From a virus (lineage: Duplodnaviria; Caudoviricetes): 64,000 nt of DNA. Shown here piece by piece: positions 19,201 to 29,280 of this stretch (the stretch's first letter is position 1; each line of letters opens with the position of its first letter). The notes beneath the pieces are model-generated. The model had not been told where the DNA came from and ran no database searches. It saw nothing but the letters and a program-made list of their open reading frames with translations. The translations under genes were made by a program, and so were the position numbers. Location: the IMG/VR virus record IMGVR_UViG_642918882_000001, positions 4,091-68,090 of that record. One strand, given 5' to 3'.

Positions 19201-21965
19201 CTACGTCGACCACGGGGCCGTTCGGAACCCCGATCAAGCCCCGTCATCGCGGCTACGAGATGGCGGCGGCGGCGATCCAGGCGCTCGGCGGCGATCCCGA
19301 GAAGTTCCTCGGCGCGGATCCGGCGACGTTGCCGCTGAGTCAGGGCGGCATCCTGCCGAACCCGGTCATGGCCGGGTACGGCGGCGCGGGCGGCGCGGGC
19401 CTCGGAGGCATCGCGTCGGCGCTGGCGAAGTTCGCCCTGTCCGGCGACACGGCCGACCTCCCGGCCGGTATCGGACTCAACGACTCGGCGGTCACGGCGA
19501 TCACGGCGGCGCGGAACAAGAAGAAGGGCGGACTGACCGAGCAGCAGATCGCCGACCTCGTCACGCAGATCTTCACGGGCGGCGGGTTCTCGGGCGTGCT
19601 CGATGAATCGAATACGTCGCTGATCAAGAGCCTCACGTCGGCGCGCGACAGGCTGGCGAAGCAGGGCGGCGTCGCGGCCGGGATCCCCGGTGTCTCCGGC
19701 GTCGGCGGTGTGCCCATGGCGTACGGCGGACTGGACGCCTTCGCCGCGTCGGTGTCCGGCGGCAAATACCAGTGGGGAGCGTCCGACCTCGCGGCCGGAC
19801 TGTCCGACTGCTCCGGCGCGATCTCGGACCTGGTCGAGATCATCACGACCGGACAGGCCACGTCGAAGCGCCTGTTCTCGACGGCCGACGCGGGATCCGT
19901 CCTGTCGTCGCTCGGCGCGGTGTCCGGCGCGGTGCCTGGGATGCTCCAGATCGGCTGGAGCGACTCCCACATGCGCGCAACACTGCCGTCCGGCGTCAAC
20001 TTCGAGAGCGGCGGAGGAACCGGCCAGGGCGCGACGTACGGCGGCAACGCTCAGGGTGCGGCCGGAATGCCCAACATCATGTCGCTGCCCGTAGGCGCGC
20101 TCGCAGGGATGGCAGGACTGCCGGGTGCGGGCGGCGTCGGCGGCAACCCTCTCGGTTACACCGGATCCCCGGTGCCGGTCTACATCGTCAACGGACCGAA
20201 CGGTCTCGGTCAGCTTCCCGGCCAGTTGGCCGGAGCGGGCCTTGGCGCGGCCGGTACCGCAGGCGTCGGCGTGCTTCGCGACATCCTCGGCGGGTCCACC
20301 GACGCACTGCTTACGCCGGAGGGGCAGCGGCGTCCGTCGGCCGACCTCGCGAAGCTGATCCACGACCGGAACCCGGCCGCGCTCGCCGCGCTGTTCGGCT
20401 TCGACGTGCAGGACTTCGGCGCGCAGGGCGGCGGCGGTGACGAGGTCATGAAGAACTCGGCGGCGTTCGACGCGACCGGCCGGTTGTTCTCCGACACCGC
20501 TGCGCTCTCGGACCGCACGCAGTCCTCCCTCGGCGCGCAGATCGAGGACATGAAGAAGCAACTGGTCGACATCACGACGCAGGTCGCCGACCGGTTGAAC
20601 GACAAGGCGCTGACCCCGATCATCGCCGACGGCCTCCAGTCGGGATTGAACTCCCTCAAGGACGCGGTCACCGCTTCGATCGGCACCAACCTCGGCAACG
20701 CGGCGGCACCGCCGATCGCCGACGCGGTCTCGTCGGCCGTGGCGTCGCTGCCGATCGACAACTCCGGAGCGGGCAACGTGGGCGGCAACGCTGCCGGTGT
20801 CGTGACCGGCGTCGTCGGCATGGCTCGCGGCGGCTCCGTCGTCGGCGGTACGCCGGGGATCGACTCGGTGCCCGCGCTGCTCATGCCTGGCGAGCACGTG
20901 CTCAGCCGCGACGACGTGGCAGCCATGGGCGGCCAGGCCATGGTCTACGGGTTTCGGAAGGCGCTCCAGCGGGGCAAGATCAAGGGCTTCGCGACCGGCG
21001 GCGGTGTCAACGTCAACGACACCGTCGGCGCGGAGTTCTTCGGCGTCTCGGAAGTGCCGATCATCGGCGCGATCGTCAACCTCCTGGTCAAGGTGCTGCT
21101 CAAGGTGATCGGCGTCGAGATCGAGGCGCGCGACACCCTCATGGAGATGACGGACGAGTTCCGTGGCTTCCGTGGCGACGCCTTCAAGGCGTTCGACGCG
21201 ACCGGCCGTCTGCTCAACGACACCTCGGCGCTGTCGGAGCGCACTCAGTCGTCGGAGCAGACGGCGGCGGCGGAGCGCATCCGGATCCTCAAGATCGTCA
21301 TCCAGGCGTTGATCAAGTACATCATCGAGAAGGTCATCGTCCCGATCGCGAAGGCGGTGGCGAACGCTGCCATCCAGGCGGGCGCGAGCGCGGCCGGAGC
21401 GGCGGTCAACACGCAGGCACCCGGCGCGGGCGGGATCGTGTCGTCGCTCATCTCGTCGGCCGGACAGGCAGGCGTCGAGATCGCGGCGGAGGTCGGCACC
21501 GACTTCGCGCTGGCGATCTCGGAGACGTTGATCCAGGCGGTCGCGGAAGGCCTCCAGTCGTACTTCCCCGACCTCGTCAGCGGAGTGTTCGGCGGCGGCG
21601 CGATCGAGAGCCTGCTCGTCGGCCCGCTGACGCGCGGGATCACGGATCCCATCCTCGGCGCGATCGGCGGTCTGTTCTCCCTGCTCGGCGGTGGACTGAT
21701 CGGCGGCGCGGCGTCCCTGATCCCCGGCCTGCCGTTCGACTCGGGCGGCATCGCTCGCGGCACCGGCATGATGCCTAAAGCGGTCATCGCGCCGGAGCGC
21801 GTGCTCGGTCCGCGCGACACGCAGAACTTCGAGAAGCTCACTGACTGGCTGCGGAGTGGCGGACGGCCGGGAACCACGGTGGAGATCCACGCGCCGTTTA
21901 CAGTGAACGGTGGCGAACAGGGCGCACGCGAAGCCCATCGCAAACTGCTGGAGTTGTTCTCGTAG
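16221..21965 (+). CDS. tape measure protein
   Basis: 1914 aa, Ala/Gly-rich; two DSVPALLMPGEHV motifs and an NlpC/P60-like segment. Confidence 0.92.
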   Translation: MTSPNAGRITVGLSIDGRDIGDQITDAISRHLQPALEKIELTLQKVQREYANTYRAADKSAARQVIANRRVVGSLRTIELALRRVEAGYERVALAAERSAARQVIANRAAAASQTGTGGGGPPRVGGSGGGGGGGTHRGGFMQGGKGTYGFLTSPVGLAGIGLGVNALPAATLAVTNLLGAIQALGQSAGVVPGVVAGVAASFGTMKLATVGLSDAIEAVWEAAKSGDAKDLEKATEALKEMAPAAAELATFLGKDLRPALVDIQKLAAQGVFEGITSDLRGLTDKALPVAQRGIKQVSSAWNNTLKELIRVGGKDETLSFVDRIFGNTAEAQNRANKAIEPFVSAIGKLTAESSDFLPRLADGLTKVGERFNNWITKIVDNGDLDRWINEGIEAVGHFGNALLNIGKILTSITKAAGGDGGFLKWLDEATEKLATFLASDEGQQKLIDFFNDARERGKEWLPVLKDLVSLGGDVLKAFDNWGKVILPILGTIADVLTGMPSLVTGVLTAFIAWKSISGIIGGIGGLLGKLPGQATGAATGINSALSKIVLPAALAPLLYSQTNGLQAPDASTGERLAGLGINVAGGAALGAQFGPWGIALGAMIGAGVTLFQSTKQRLDEAKAEWEKAWQEDHDAGPTREGSPEGQLAALPALRAQRLPSLYNPDGTLKPTGPDVLRQMLENGTIQGGYTLAPDGSTVLGPNGEPLITLPPPSAAVTPGATQYDPISGLPNNLPPQQLPGAQPPPNLPPAPRTVVNPPIPTPSNLPANTEAPEDLAGLLGAVPQASQQVQQLASEVRDLPEGEIKIKDPSPELLENLDKVDATITKVSDNEIVVKANTDEAQKKIDAFALKIKQQTFPLNFTAQVTPPNLPPAVVPQPRAMGGGIYGGIPGKDSVPALLMPGEHVLTASDVIAMGGQAAVYAFRRGLHRYADGGEVPHLGTGALPGPGGDTVLGVLQQIRDLLAGKGGSSSNPLAATADAVSTLADQTTGGGATSTTGPFGTPIKPRHRGYEMAAAAIQALGGDPEKFLGADPATLPLSQGGILPNPVMAGYGGAGGAGLGGIASALAKFALSGDTADLPAGIGLNDSAVTAITAARNKKKGGLTEQQIADLVTQIFTGGGFSGVLDESNTSLIKSLTSARDRLAKQGGVAAGIPGVSGVGGVPMAYGGLDAFAASVSGGKYQWGASDLAAGLSDCSGAISDLVEIITTGQATSKRLFSTADAGSVLSSLGAVSGAVPGMLQIGWSDSHMRATLPSGVNFESGGGTGQGATYGGNAQGAAGMPNIMSLPVGALAGMAGLPGAGGVGGNPLGYTGSPVPVYIVNGPNGLGQLPGQLAGAGLGAAGTAGVGVLRDILGGSTDALLTPEGQRRPSADLAKLIHDRNPAALAALFGFDVQDFGAQGGGGDEVMKNSAAFDATGRLFSDTAALSDRTQSSLGAQIEDMKKQLVDITTQVADRLNDKALTPIIADGLQSGLNSLKDAVTASIGTNLGNAAAPPIADAVSSAVASLPIDNSGAGNVGGNAAGVVTGVVGMARGGSVVGGTPGIDSVPALLMPGEHVLSRDDVAAMGGQAMVYGFRKALQRGKIKGFATGGGVNVNDTVGAEFFGVSEVPIIGAIVNLLVKVLLKVIGVEIEARDTLMEMTDEFRGFRGDAFKAFDATGRLLNDTSALSERTQSSEQTAAAERIRILKIVIQALIKYIIEKVIVPIAKAVANAAIQAGASAAGAAVNTQAPGAGGIVSSLISSAGQAGVEIAAEVGTDFALAISETLIQAVAEGLQSYFPDLVSGVFGGGAIESLLVGPLTRGITDPILGAIGGLFSLLGGGLIGGAASLIPGLPFDSGGIARGTGMMPKAVIAPERVLGPRDTQNFEKLTDWLRSGGRPGTTVEIHAPFTVNGGEQGAREAHRKLLELFS

Positions 21966-21974
21966 GAGGTCGGC

Positions 21975-23405
21975 GTGCCGTTCCGGGGTTACTTCGCCCT
22001 CAACGATCAGGAGATCGCGAACTCCGCTCGGGTGGTCGCGCACCTCGGCCGGAATGTGCCGGTCATGGATGACGGCATCTTCGGCCCGTCGGAGGCCGAC
22101 TGCTCACTGGAGGAATACTCCGAGGGTCTCGCCGTCATCCCGGCGTCGAGCGTGGTCGTCTCGGAGGGTCTCGCCACACCGCCTCCCGGTAGCCGTCAGT
22201 TCGGGCCGGGTCTGGCGGAGATCGACGGCACGTGCTGGGGTCCGGCGAACCTCTGCGGCGACTGCGGAACGCTCGTCCAGTACGACGACTCCTGGCCGGG
22301 GCTGCGCGAGTTCCTCGGCTTCGACCACGTGTACCGGCCGGAGCTTGCGCCCTGGTACTCGACGGAACAGCCGGAGTCGGCTGAGTTCGGCGGCGTGTGG
22401 GTCATGTCCGTCACGGGCCTCGACGCGACCCCTGTGGAGCGGACGATTACGCAGATGGTCGGGTCCGGCGCGGTGGCCGGGATCCACCGGGACGCTTCGC
22501 GGACGATCACGTTCGACGCTCTCCTGGTGGGTTGCACGAACGCGGGCGTCGAGTACGGGCTGAAGTGGCTCACGTGCCTGCTCCGCGACACTACCGCGAA
22601 CGACGACGGCGTCCTGCGGTACCTCGCAGCGCATCCGTCGTGGTCCGGCGTCGACCCTCACGACCTCGTCCGCGAGGCCCGTAACGTCGTGCTGACGCAA
22701 TCGCCGACGATCAAAGAGGAATACACAACTGGCGGACGGCAGCACCAGCAGTCGTCGCTCTACCGGGTGACGTGGGAGATGGCGGCGCTCAGCCCCTACG
22801 TGTACTTCCCGGCCGTGGACGTTCCGGTGCTGTGGGACGAGGTCTCGCAGCAGCCGATCAACTGGGTCCACGCCGCGCACTGCACGAAGCCGCAGACATG
22901 CCTCGACATGCCGGTGCTCTACTCGGCGACGTGCGTCCCGCAGGAGATCGAGAAGATCTCGGTGCCACCTCCGGTGTGCGGTGGCTGCCTCCCCGTCGGC
23001 GGCATCACGAAGTACATGTTCCGCGTCCCGACCATGGACTACGCCTTCCGCTGCCGGGAGACGGCGGTGACGACGCGGATCCAGAACCTCGGGTCCGAGC
23101 CGCTCACACTCCAGATGTTCTGGCGGCAATGCGGATCCGACATCCGTTGCGAGGACAACCGTTTCCCCCTCCAGGTGGCCGGTCTGCCGGTGAACACGTC
23201 CCTGGTGTTGGACGGCATCACCGGTAAGTTCTGGGCCGTCTACGACGACAGGGCGCACCGGCCGATCGGAGTGGTCGGGACACCGACAGGCGCACCGTGG
23301 CGTCCTCCGATCATCGACCGGCAGGAGTGCTGGGAACTCGTCGTGCAGACCGATTCGGCGGCGCGGTTCGACGTGAAGCTCACCCTGGCGGACCGCGAGC
23401 CGTGA
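21975..23405 (+). CDS. minor tail protein
   Basis: First gene after the tape measure gene; SD GGAGG. Confidence 0.75.
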   Translation: MPFRGYFALNDQEIANSARVVAHLGRNVPVMDDGIFGPSEADCSLEEYSEGLAVIPASSVVVSEGLATPPPGSRQFGPGLAEIDGTCWGPANLCGDCGTLVQYDDSWPGLREFLGFDHVYRPELAPWYSTEQPESAEFGGVWVMSVTGLDATPVERTITQMVGSGAVAGIHRDASRTITFDALLVGCTNAGVEYGLKWLTCLLRDTTANDDGVLRYLAAHPSWSGVDPHDLVREARNVVLTQSPTIKEEYTTGGRQHQQSSLYRVTWEMAALSPYVYFPAVDVPVLWDEVSQQPINWVHAAHCTKPQTCLDMPVLYSATCVPQEIEKISVPPPVCGGCLPVGGITKYMFRVPTMDYAFRCRETAVTTRIQNLGSEPLTLQMFWRQCGSDIRCEDNRFPLQVAGLPVNTSLVLDGITGKFWAVYDDRAHRPIGVVGTPTGAPWRPPIIDRQECWELVVQTDSAARFDVKLTLADREP

Positions 23406-24445
23406 TCGTCTCCAAGGACCAGATCGTTTCGCTGCACACCTTCGACGGCGTGCAGCGGTACCAGTTCCTCCCCAATCAGCAGTTCAACCTCGAATGGTCG
23501 CGGGAACTTCGACAGGTGTCGACGTGCAACCTCGGCGTCCCCTCGACGCTCGATTACAACCGGCTGCCGGACATCGTCCCGTGGCGCGATTGGATCTCGG
23601 TGTTCGACTCCGAGGGCGACGAATTGCTGTGGAGCGGGCCGATTCTCGTGGTCGACGCAGACCGAGGGTCCATGAACATTTCGTCACGTGACGTGTCGAA
23701 CTACCTCTCGCGGACACGCTGCCCGTTGACGAAGGCGTGGGACGCCGCCGACCCGGCGACGATCGCCGGTGAGCTGTGGCGCGCGTGCATCGAGTTCCAC
23801 GGCCTCCAGACGGCGATCATCGAGAAGCTCGACCCGCTCGGCGACCGGTTCGACTACGAGGTCGAGGCGGACACGCAGATGGTCGACCAGGTGTTCGGCG
23901 ACCTCGTCGGCCTCGGTCTCCGGTGGACGGTCAGCAACGGCGTCCCGATCCTCGGGCCGGTGGGGCTGAAGCCGGTCGCGGCGCTGGGCGAGGAGCACTT
24001 CATCGGCGGAGGCCTCCGGCTGACCCGCGACGGATCTCAGATGGCGAACGACGTTCTCCTGCGGACGGCCGACACGAACACCGCGCGGGCGATCCTGCCG
24101 ACCGGCGGGCTGCGTCTCCAGTCGATCGTGGACCGCGACTCCATGTTTGACATCTCGAATGCCGAGCGCGCGGTGCAGCAGTACGTCCGGCACACCGGCA
24201 AGATCCAGGACACCGTCACGGTCCCCGGCGGATCCGTGCTGCATCCCGACGCTCCGGTCTCGATCGACCAGCTGGTCCCGTCGGCGCGGTTCACCGTGGA
24301 GGCCTTCGGGCTGTTGACCATGATGGAACTGACTAAGGTCCAGGTGCAGACGACGACCGGAGGTGAGGCGAAGGTGTCAGTGGACATGGCGGCGGTGGAC
24401 GACGACCTGCCCGAGCTTCTGGAGAAGCCGGAGGGCAAGCTGTGA
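23402..24445 (+). CDS. minor tail protein
   Basis: GTGA overlap; synteny. Confidence 0.75.
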   Translation: MIVSKDQIVSLHTFDGVQRYQFLPNQQFNLEWSRELRQVSTCNLGVPSTLDYNRLPDIVPWRDWISVFDSEGDELLWSGPILVVDADRGSMNISSRDVSNYLSRTRCPLTKAWDAADPATIAGELWRACIEFHGLQTAIIEKLDPLGDRFDYEVEADTQMVDQVFGDLVGLGLRWTVSNGVPILGPVGLKPVAALGEEHFIGGGLRLTRDGSQMANDVLLRTADTNTARAILPTGGLRLQSIVDRDSMFDISNAERAVQQYVRHTGKIQDTVTVPGGSVLHPDAPVSIDQLVPSARFTVEAFGLLTMMELTKVQVQTTTGGEAKVSVDMAAVDDDLPELLEKPEGKL

Positions 24446-26667
24446 CGGCAGCAGCGGTGCCCGGTGTCGCTCCGCGCACCGACGCGGAGTGGGCGAGGTC
24501 GGTGGAGCAGCGGCTCCGCGCCCTGTCGCAGCCGCGCACCGCCCGCGTCGGCCCGTGGGTGCTCTCGAACGTCAACGGCAACCTCACCGCGACCAAGCCG
24601 GGATCCACGCTCACTCTCGACGGCACCGCCGAGCCGGTGTCGGTCGACCTCACCGGTCGCGGCCAGTACGTCACGCCGGACCAGATCCCCGAGATCCAGA
24701 CCGGGGTGCTCCAGCAGTTGTGGGAGCAACTGACCGGTGAACTCGATCCGCCGGACGACGTGCTGGTCGACCTCGCGAACTTCCTGTCGAACGGGTTGTT
24801 CGGGCAAATCGACCTGACCCGCTTGCCGTCCCTGTTGCCGCTCTCGCGGATCCGCGACATCGTGGAGAACCTCTTCCTCAACGGGGACTTCCTGTCGGCC
24901 GACGCGATCAGCCCGTCGGCGACGGACTGGCTGGTCGACCTCACCGACGGCGTGGGATCCCGAGGGTCGGCGACGGTCGTCGCCGACGGCTCGTCGCACA
25001 TCCTGTACTCGAACACGATCGACGTGGATCCCGGCCAGACGCTCAACGTCTCGACGGCCGTCAAGTACCTCGGCCTGACCGCCGTCGGCGACGCGATCCA
25101 GGTTCGGGTGTCGGCGTACCTCGGCGACACCCTGATCAACACGACGATCATCGACAAGCTGACCAATCCGTCCGGCACGCTGAGCGACTGGTCGACCACG
25201 CTCTCCGGAAACTACGTGGTCCCCGGCGACGGCAGCGTGGACAACGTCGTCACCGAACTCTTCGTCTCCGAGGGCGCGACGGCGGGCACCGTCAAGTTCT
25301 CCAGGGCGATCTCGAAGTTCGTCGGCCTCATGCCGCAGGCGTACGTGGACGGTCTCGCTGCTGGCCTCGCGGCGATCTGGGACGGGATCCAGGGCCGTAT
25401 TGACGACTTCGCCGACCTGCTCGACGTATTCGGCGGTTTCACCGTCGGCGCGGGCCTCGGCCAACTGACCGACGTGGCGACACGGCTCTCGAAGCTCAAC
25501 CCGCTGACCGGCGCGCTGGACGCGGCAGGGCTGACCAACATCGCGAATATCCCCATGATCGCGCAGAGCCGGATCATCGGCCTCACGGACGCGCTCGCCG
25601 CCGGAGGCCAGGCGCTCCGCGACGCGATCGTGCAGGCGCTCACCGGCACGTCCGGCACCGGCCACACCGACTTGGACGTGATCGAGGCCCTGACCAACAT
25701 CCCGGCGGCGGCGGTGCAGACCGCGATCGACGGCGCGGCCAACATCGAGGACGCGATCCAGCAGGCCATCGACTCGGTCATCGCGGGCGCTGGCAACCTC
25801 GTCGGGTCCGGCTTCGGTTTCGCCGACATGATCGCGCAGTTGACCGGGCTGCGGAACGCGACCGCTGGCGCTAACGCGGCGGTGACCAACCTCCAGGCGC
25901 AGGTGGCGGGCCTCGACCCCGCTGCGTCCTCCGAGGTCGTCAACATCGGTGAGTTCGTGGACGCGTCCACTCCGCCGTCCATGTTCACCAAGGTCATCGA
26001 CACCGGATCCGGATCGTTGATCACGTCCGGCGGCAAGCTCGCTTGGTCCGGCTCGGCAGGACGCGAGTTCTACCTGTTCAACGGCGGTCCCCTGCTCACC
26101 GACCTGTTCGAGGTGACGGCGGTGCTTCCGTCCGTCCCCTCGCACGGGTGGTTCGGCGACGACAGTTCCAACTACGTGTGGCTCATCGGCCGGTCGAACA
26201 ACACCGGCACCGCCTTCGTCGCGGCCCGATACGCGTGGGACGAGATCCGGTTCTTCAGCTACGCAGGCGGCACGTTTACGCAGATGGGACCGACTCTCTC
26301 GGCGGCGGACGTGCTGACCGGCGGATGCTCGATCTCGTTCAAGGGCGGCACCGTGGCGGAGACCAGGTACTTCGAGGCCCGCGTCAACGGCACGAAGGTC
26401 CACTCGACCGTCGACTCGACCCCGGTGTCGCTCTACGGATCCGACTACCGGTACTGCGGTGTCGGCGTCGAGAAGGGCGACAGCTACTCGACGGGCACGG
26501 TCAACATGTGGGCGATGTACGACGGCGGATCCTCGCAGGGGTCCGGCGTCGTGGCCGGTTACACGGCGTCCGGCCTGACCAACCTGAACATCTGGAAGGG
26601 CACGGCGGCGGAGTACGCGGCGATCACGTCGAAGAACCCGAACACGATCTACTTCGTCAAGGAGTGA
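24442..26667 (+). CDS. minor tail protein
   Basis: 741 aa; C-terminal GTAAEYAAITSKNPNTIYFV fibre-type motif. Confidence 0.75.
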   Translation: MTAAAVPGVAPRTDAEWARSVEQRLRALSQPRTARVGPWVLSNVNGNLTATKPGSTLTLDGTAEPVSVDLTGRGQYVTPDQIPEIQTGVLQQLWEQLTGELDPPDDVLVDLANFLSNGLFGQIDLTRLPSLLPLSRIRDIVENLFLNGDFLSADAISPSATDWLVDLTDGVGSRGSATVVADGSSHILYSNTIDVDPGQTLNVSTAVKYLGLTAVGDAIQVRVSAYLGDTLINTTIIDKLTNPSGTLSDWSTTLSGNYVVPGDGSVDNVVTELFVSEGATAGTVKFSRAISKFVGLMPQAYVDGLAAGLAAIWDGIQGRIDDFADLLDVFGGFTVGAGLGQLTDVATRLSKLNPLTGALDAAGLTNIANIPMIAQSRIIGLTDALAAGGQALRDAIVQALTGTSGTGHTDLDVIEALTNIPAAAVQTAIDGAANIEDAIQQAIDSVIAGAGNLVGSGFGFADMIAQLTGLRNATAGANAAVTNLQAQVAGLDPAASSEVVNIGEFVDASTPPSMFTKVIDTGSGSLITSGGKLAWSGSAGREFYLFNGGPLLTDLFEVTAVLPSVPSHGWFGDDSSNYVWLIGRSNNTGTAFVAARYAWDEIRFFSYAGGTFTQMGPTLSAADVLTGGCSISFKGGTVAETRYFEARVNGTKVHSTVDSTPVSLYGSDYRYCGVGVEKGDSYSTGTVNMWAMYDGGSSQGSGVVAGYTASGLTNLNIWKGTAAEYAAITSKNPNTIYFVKE

Positions 26668-26668
26668 G

Positions 26669-28051
26669 ATGCCGATCTACTTCGGGAGCGAACCGATTGA
26701 CGACATCTTCAGCACCAGCACGTCCGACGACTACGACAAGGTCTACGTCGGGTCGGACCAGATCTGGCCTCCGATCTCGTTCCCGCTGGTCTACCTCAAC
26801 ACCAACGTCACCGACGCGGCGGTACCGGCCGGAGCGACAGGGTGCTGGGTCCACCTCTGGGGCGGTGGCGAGGCTGGCGGCAACGGCGGTCACGACGACT
26901 CGACGCAGTCCACCGGTTCGGCGTCCGGCGGCAACGGCGGCGCGGGCGCAGCGCACATCGACCGCATCTTCATCTACGTCGAAGACCTCGGCCCGACCTG
27001 GTCCCTGATCGCGGGGCAGCACGGAACCGGTTCGAGCGGGAACGGCACCGCGTCCCGCTTCGTGTCCGGCGGGATCGACCTGATCGCGAACGGCGGCGTC
27101 AATCAGGTCGGCGGCACCGCGGTGGTCACCGGCCTCGACGCCGACTACTACCAGCCACGGGCGTACAACGGCGGCAACAAAGAGCAGTCGTCCAACGGCG
27201 GCGGCGGTGGCGGTGCAGACGGCGGCGGAGCGTCGTGGACCGGCGACAACGCGCCGAACACCACCTCCCCCGGCACTCGGGGCGTAGGCGTGCAGCAGGA
27301 GGGCCAGGAGAACGATCCTGGCGACGGCGGTACCGGCGGATCGGCATACGGGTCCGGTGCCGGTCACCACTACGCCTCCGGCGGCGGTGGCGGCGGCGGT
27401 GGCGCGTACACCAGCGGAGGCGCTGGCGGCGCAGGATCCCAGTCGTCCGGAGGCAGCGGCGGCGTCGGAGGTCAGGCCCGCGCTGAGGTCGTGTGGGTCA
27501 GTACGGTCGTTCCCAAGGACAAGACCTACCAGTTCGGCGCGGGAGCGTGGTCGTGGACCGTTCCGTCGTGGGCGCAGGAGGGCTGGGAGGTCGACCTCGT
27601 CATGTGGGGCGGCGGACGCGGCGGCAACAACGGCTCGACCACCTCGGCCGGTGTCGGCGGCACCGGCTCGACGCCGGTCACTCGGACCCTCGTCATCGGT
27701 GACGACATCGCGCTCGGCGGCACGCTGGCGGGCACCGTCGGATCCGGCGGAGCCTCGAACGGCGGAGCAGGCGGCAACACGACCTGCACCACGCTCGGTC
27801 TCACCGCTCCCGGTGCGACGGCCACTGCGCCCTCGCAGGCGGGCGTCTCGGCCGCTGACGCGACGATCGGCGGTAAGACGTACAAGGGCGGCAAGGGCGG
27901 CACGTCCGGAACGACGATCACCGCAGGCGAAGCGGGCGCTGCTCCCGGCGGCGGCGGTCAGGGCGGCGGATCACTGTTCTTCATCGGCCAGGATGGCGGC
28001 GTCGGCGGCGCGGGCCGGACACTCATCCGGCTCCGGGAGGTACTGCCGTGA
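26669..28051 (+). CDS. glycine-rich minor tail protein
   Basis: Two WGGG...PGGGG glycine-rich domains. Confidence 0.8.
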   Translation: MPIYFGSEPIDDIFSTSTSDDYDKVYVGSDQIWPPISFPLVYLNTNVTDAAVPAGATGCWVHLWGGGEAGGNGGHDDSTQSTGSASGGNGGAGAAHIDRIFIYVEDLGPTWSLIAGQHGTGSSGNGTASRFVSGGIDLIANGGVNQVGGTAVVTGLDADYYQPRAYNGGNKEQSSNGGGGGGADGGGASWTGDNAPNTTSPGTRGVGVQQEGQENDPGDGGTGGSAYGSGAGHHYASGGGGGGGGAYTSGGAGGAGSQSSGGSGGVGGQARAEVVWVSTVVPKDKTYQFGAGAWSWTVPSWAQEGWEVDLVMWGGGRGGNNGSTTSAGVGGTGSTPVTRTLVIGDDIALGGTLAGTVGSGGASNGGAGGNTTCTTLGLTAPGATATAPSQAGVSAADATIGGKTYKGGKGGTSGTTITAGEAGAAPGGGGQGGGSLFFIGQDGGVGGAGRTLIRLREVLP

Positions 28052-29250
28052 GCGGGTGGTTCCCGTCGCGGCCGGAGGACGTGGACGCCTCCCTCCGGTC
28101 ATGGTTCCCTGAGCGTCAACCGAGGCCTGTCACGTCACAGACGGGCTGGTGGGCGCTGCTCACGATCGACGCGAAGCTCTCGGTCGAATACGTCAGCACC
28201 GCCGAACTCGGCGTCCTGCGGGGCATGGGTGTCGTGGCGTCGGTGTCTCTGACGCGAGAGGTCGCACTCCAGAAGCTCGGGATGCTCGCCGTGGCGCGGA
28301 CGCTCTCGATGTCCGGCGCGGCGGCGGTGTCGAAGGTCGGATCCATGGACGTGGAGGCCGTCGTGTCCCTGGCCCGCGCGGTGGCACTCGACAAGGTGCT
28401 CGGGATCGCCGTCAGCCGCACGGAGGCCATGGAGGCGGCGGTAGCACTCGACAAGGTGCTCGGGATCGCCGTCGGGCAGACGATCAACGCGGAGCGGACC
28501 GTGGGCCTGCAACGCGTCGGCGCGCTGGAGGTCACGCGGCTCTACCAGACGTACGCGGATGTCTCGCTGCTCAAGGTCGGAATGCTCGCGGTCGCGGCTC
28601 CGGTCACGTTGACGAGGACCGTCACGATGCTCAAGGCGCGGGGGATGGACCTCGCGGCCGGTATCGCTCTCGGCGCGGCCGTCGCGATGGGCTTCCAGCC
28701 GCTCACCGCGACGACGACGCACATCACGACGACCGGCGCGTACACGTACACGTTCCCGAGGAACGCGGACTTCATCGACCGGATCGCTCTCGGCGGCGGA
28801 GGCGGCGGCAAGGGCATGGCCTTCGCAGACGGCTGGGGCAAGGGCGGTGACGGCGGCAACTACGCCAGCGACACCCTCCAGCGCGGCGTCGACTTCGCGT
28901 GGTCGGTGCTCAGCTTCACCGGCACCGTCGGCACGGGCGGCGCGGGCGGCGCGGGATCGTTCGGCTCCGGTCTCGGTGGACAACCGGGCAACGCGTCTAC
29001 CTCTCTGGTGTCCGGCGGTCCGACGATCACCGGTACCGGCGGCGCGGCAGGTACCGTCATCGACGTGACCAGCGTGGCCGGTAAGTCGCCCGGCAACCGG
29101 ACGCAGGGAGGGTTGACCATTACAGGCGGCGCACAGGTCTCCTCCGGCGCGGGAAACGCTCCCGGCGGTGGAGGGGCCGGAGCCATGGTTTCGACCGGCT
29201 CCGGCGGCGCAGGGGCGCGAGGACAGGTGTCCTACCGCGCATATCAGTGA
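28048..29250 (+). CDS. minor tail protein with C-terminal glycine-rich domain
   Basis: About 20-aa internal repeats (VALDKVLGIAV twice) and a GGGGG domain. Confidence 0.75.
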   Translation: MSGWFPSRPEDVDASLRSWFPERQPRPVTSQTGWWALLTIDAKLSVEYVSTAELGVLRGMGVVASVSLTREVALQKLGMLAVARTLSMSGAAAVSKVGSMDVEAVVSLARAVALDKVLGIAVSRTEAMEAAVALDKVLGIAVGQTINAERTVGLQRVGALEVTRLYQTYADVSLLKVGMLAVAAPVTLTRTVTMLKARGMDLAAGIALGAAVAMGFQPLTATTTHITTTGAYTYTFPRNADFIDRIALGGGGGGKGMAFADGWGKGGDGGNYASDTLQRGVDFAWSVLSFTGTVGTGGAGGAGSFGSGLGGQPGNASTSLVSGGPTITGTGGAAGTVIDVTSVAGKSPGNRTQGGLTITGGAQVSSGAGNAPGGGGAGAMVSTGSGGAGARGQVSYRAYQ

Positions 29251-29280
29251 GTCGCACCCGCAGATGAGAGGATCAACACC

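Noticed and set aside
16440-22043. 1867-aa minus-strand ORF and similar long antisense ORFs (6706-9009, 24037-26403, 40981-43074, 36673-38472)
   Set aside because: These are shadow frames of real genes in high-GC DNA, with no motifs, SD or plausible composition.
26840-29250. GGC-rich low-complexity repeats
   Set aside because: Explained by glycine-rich minor tail domains.
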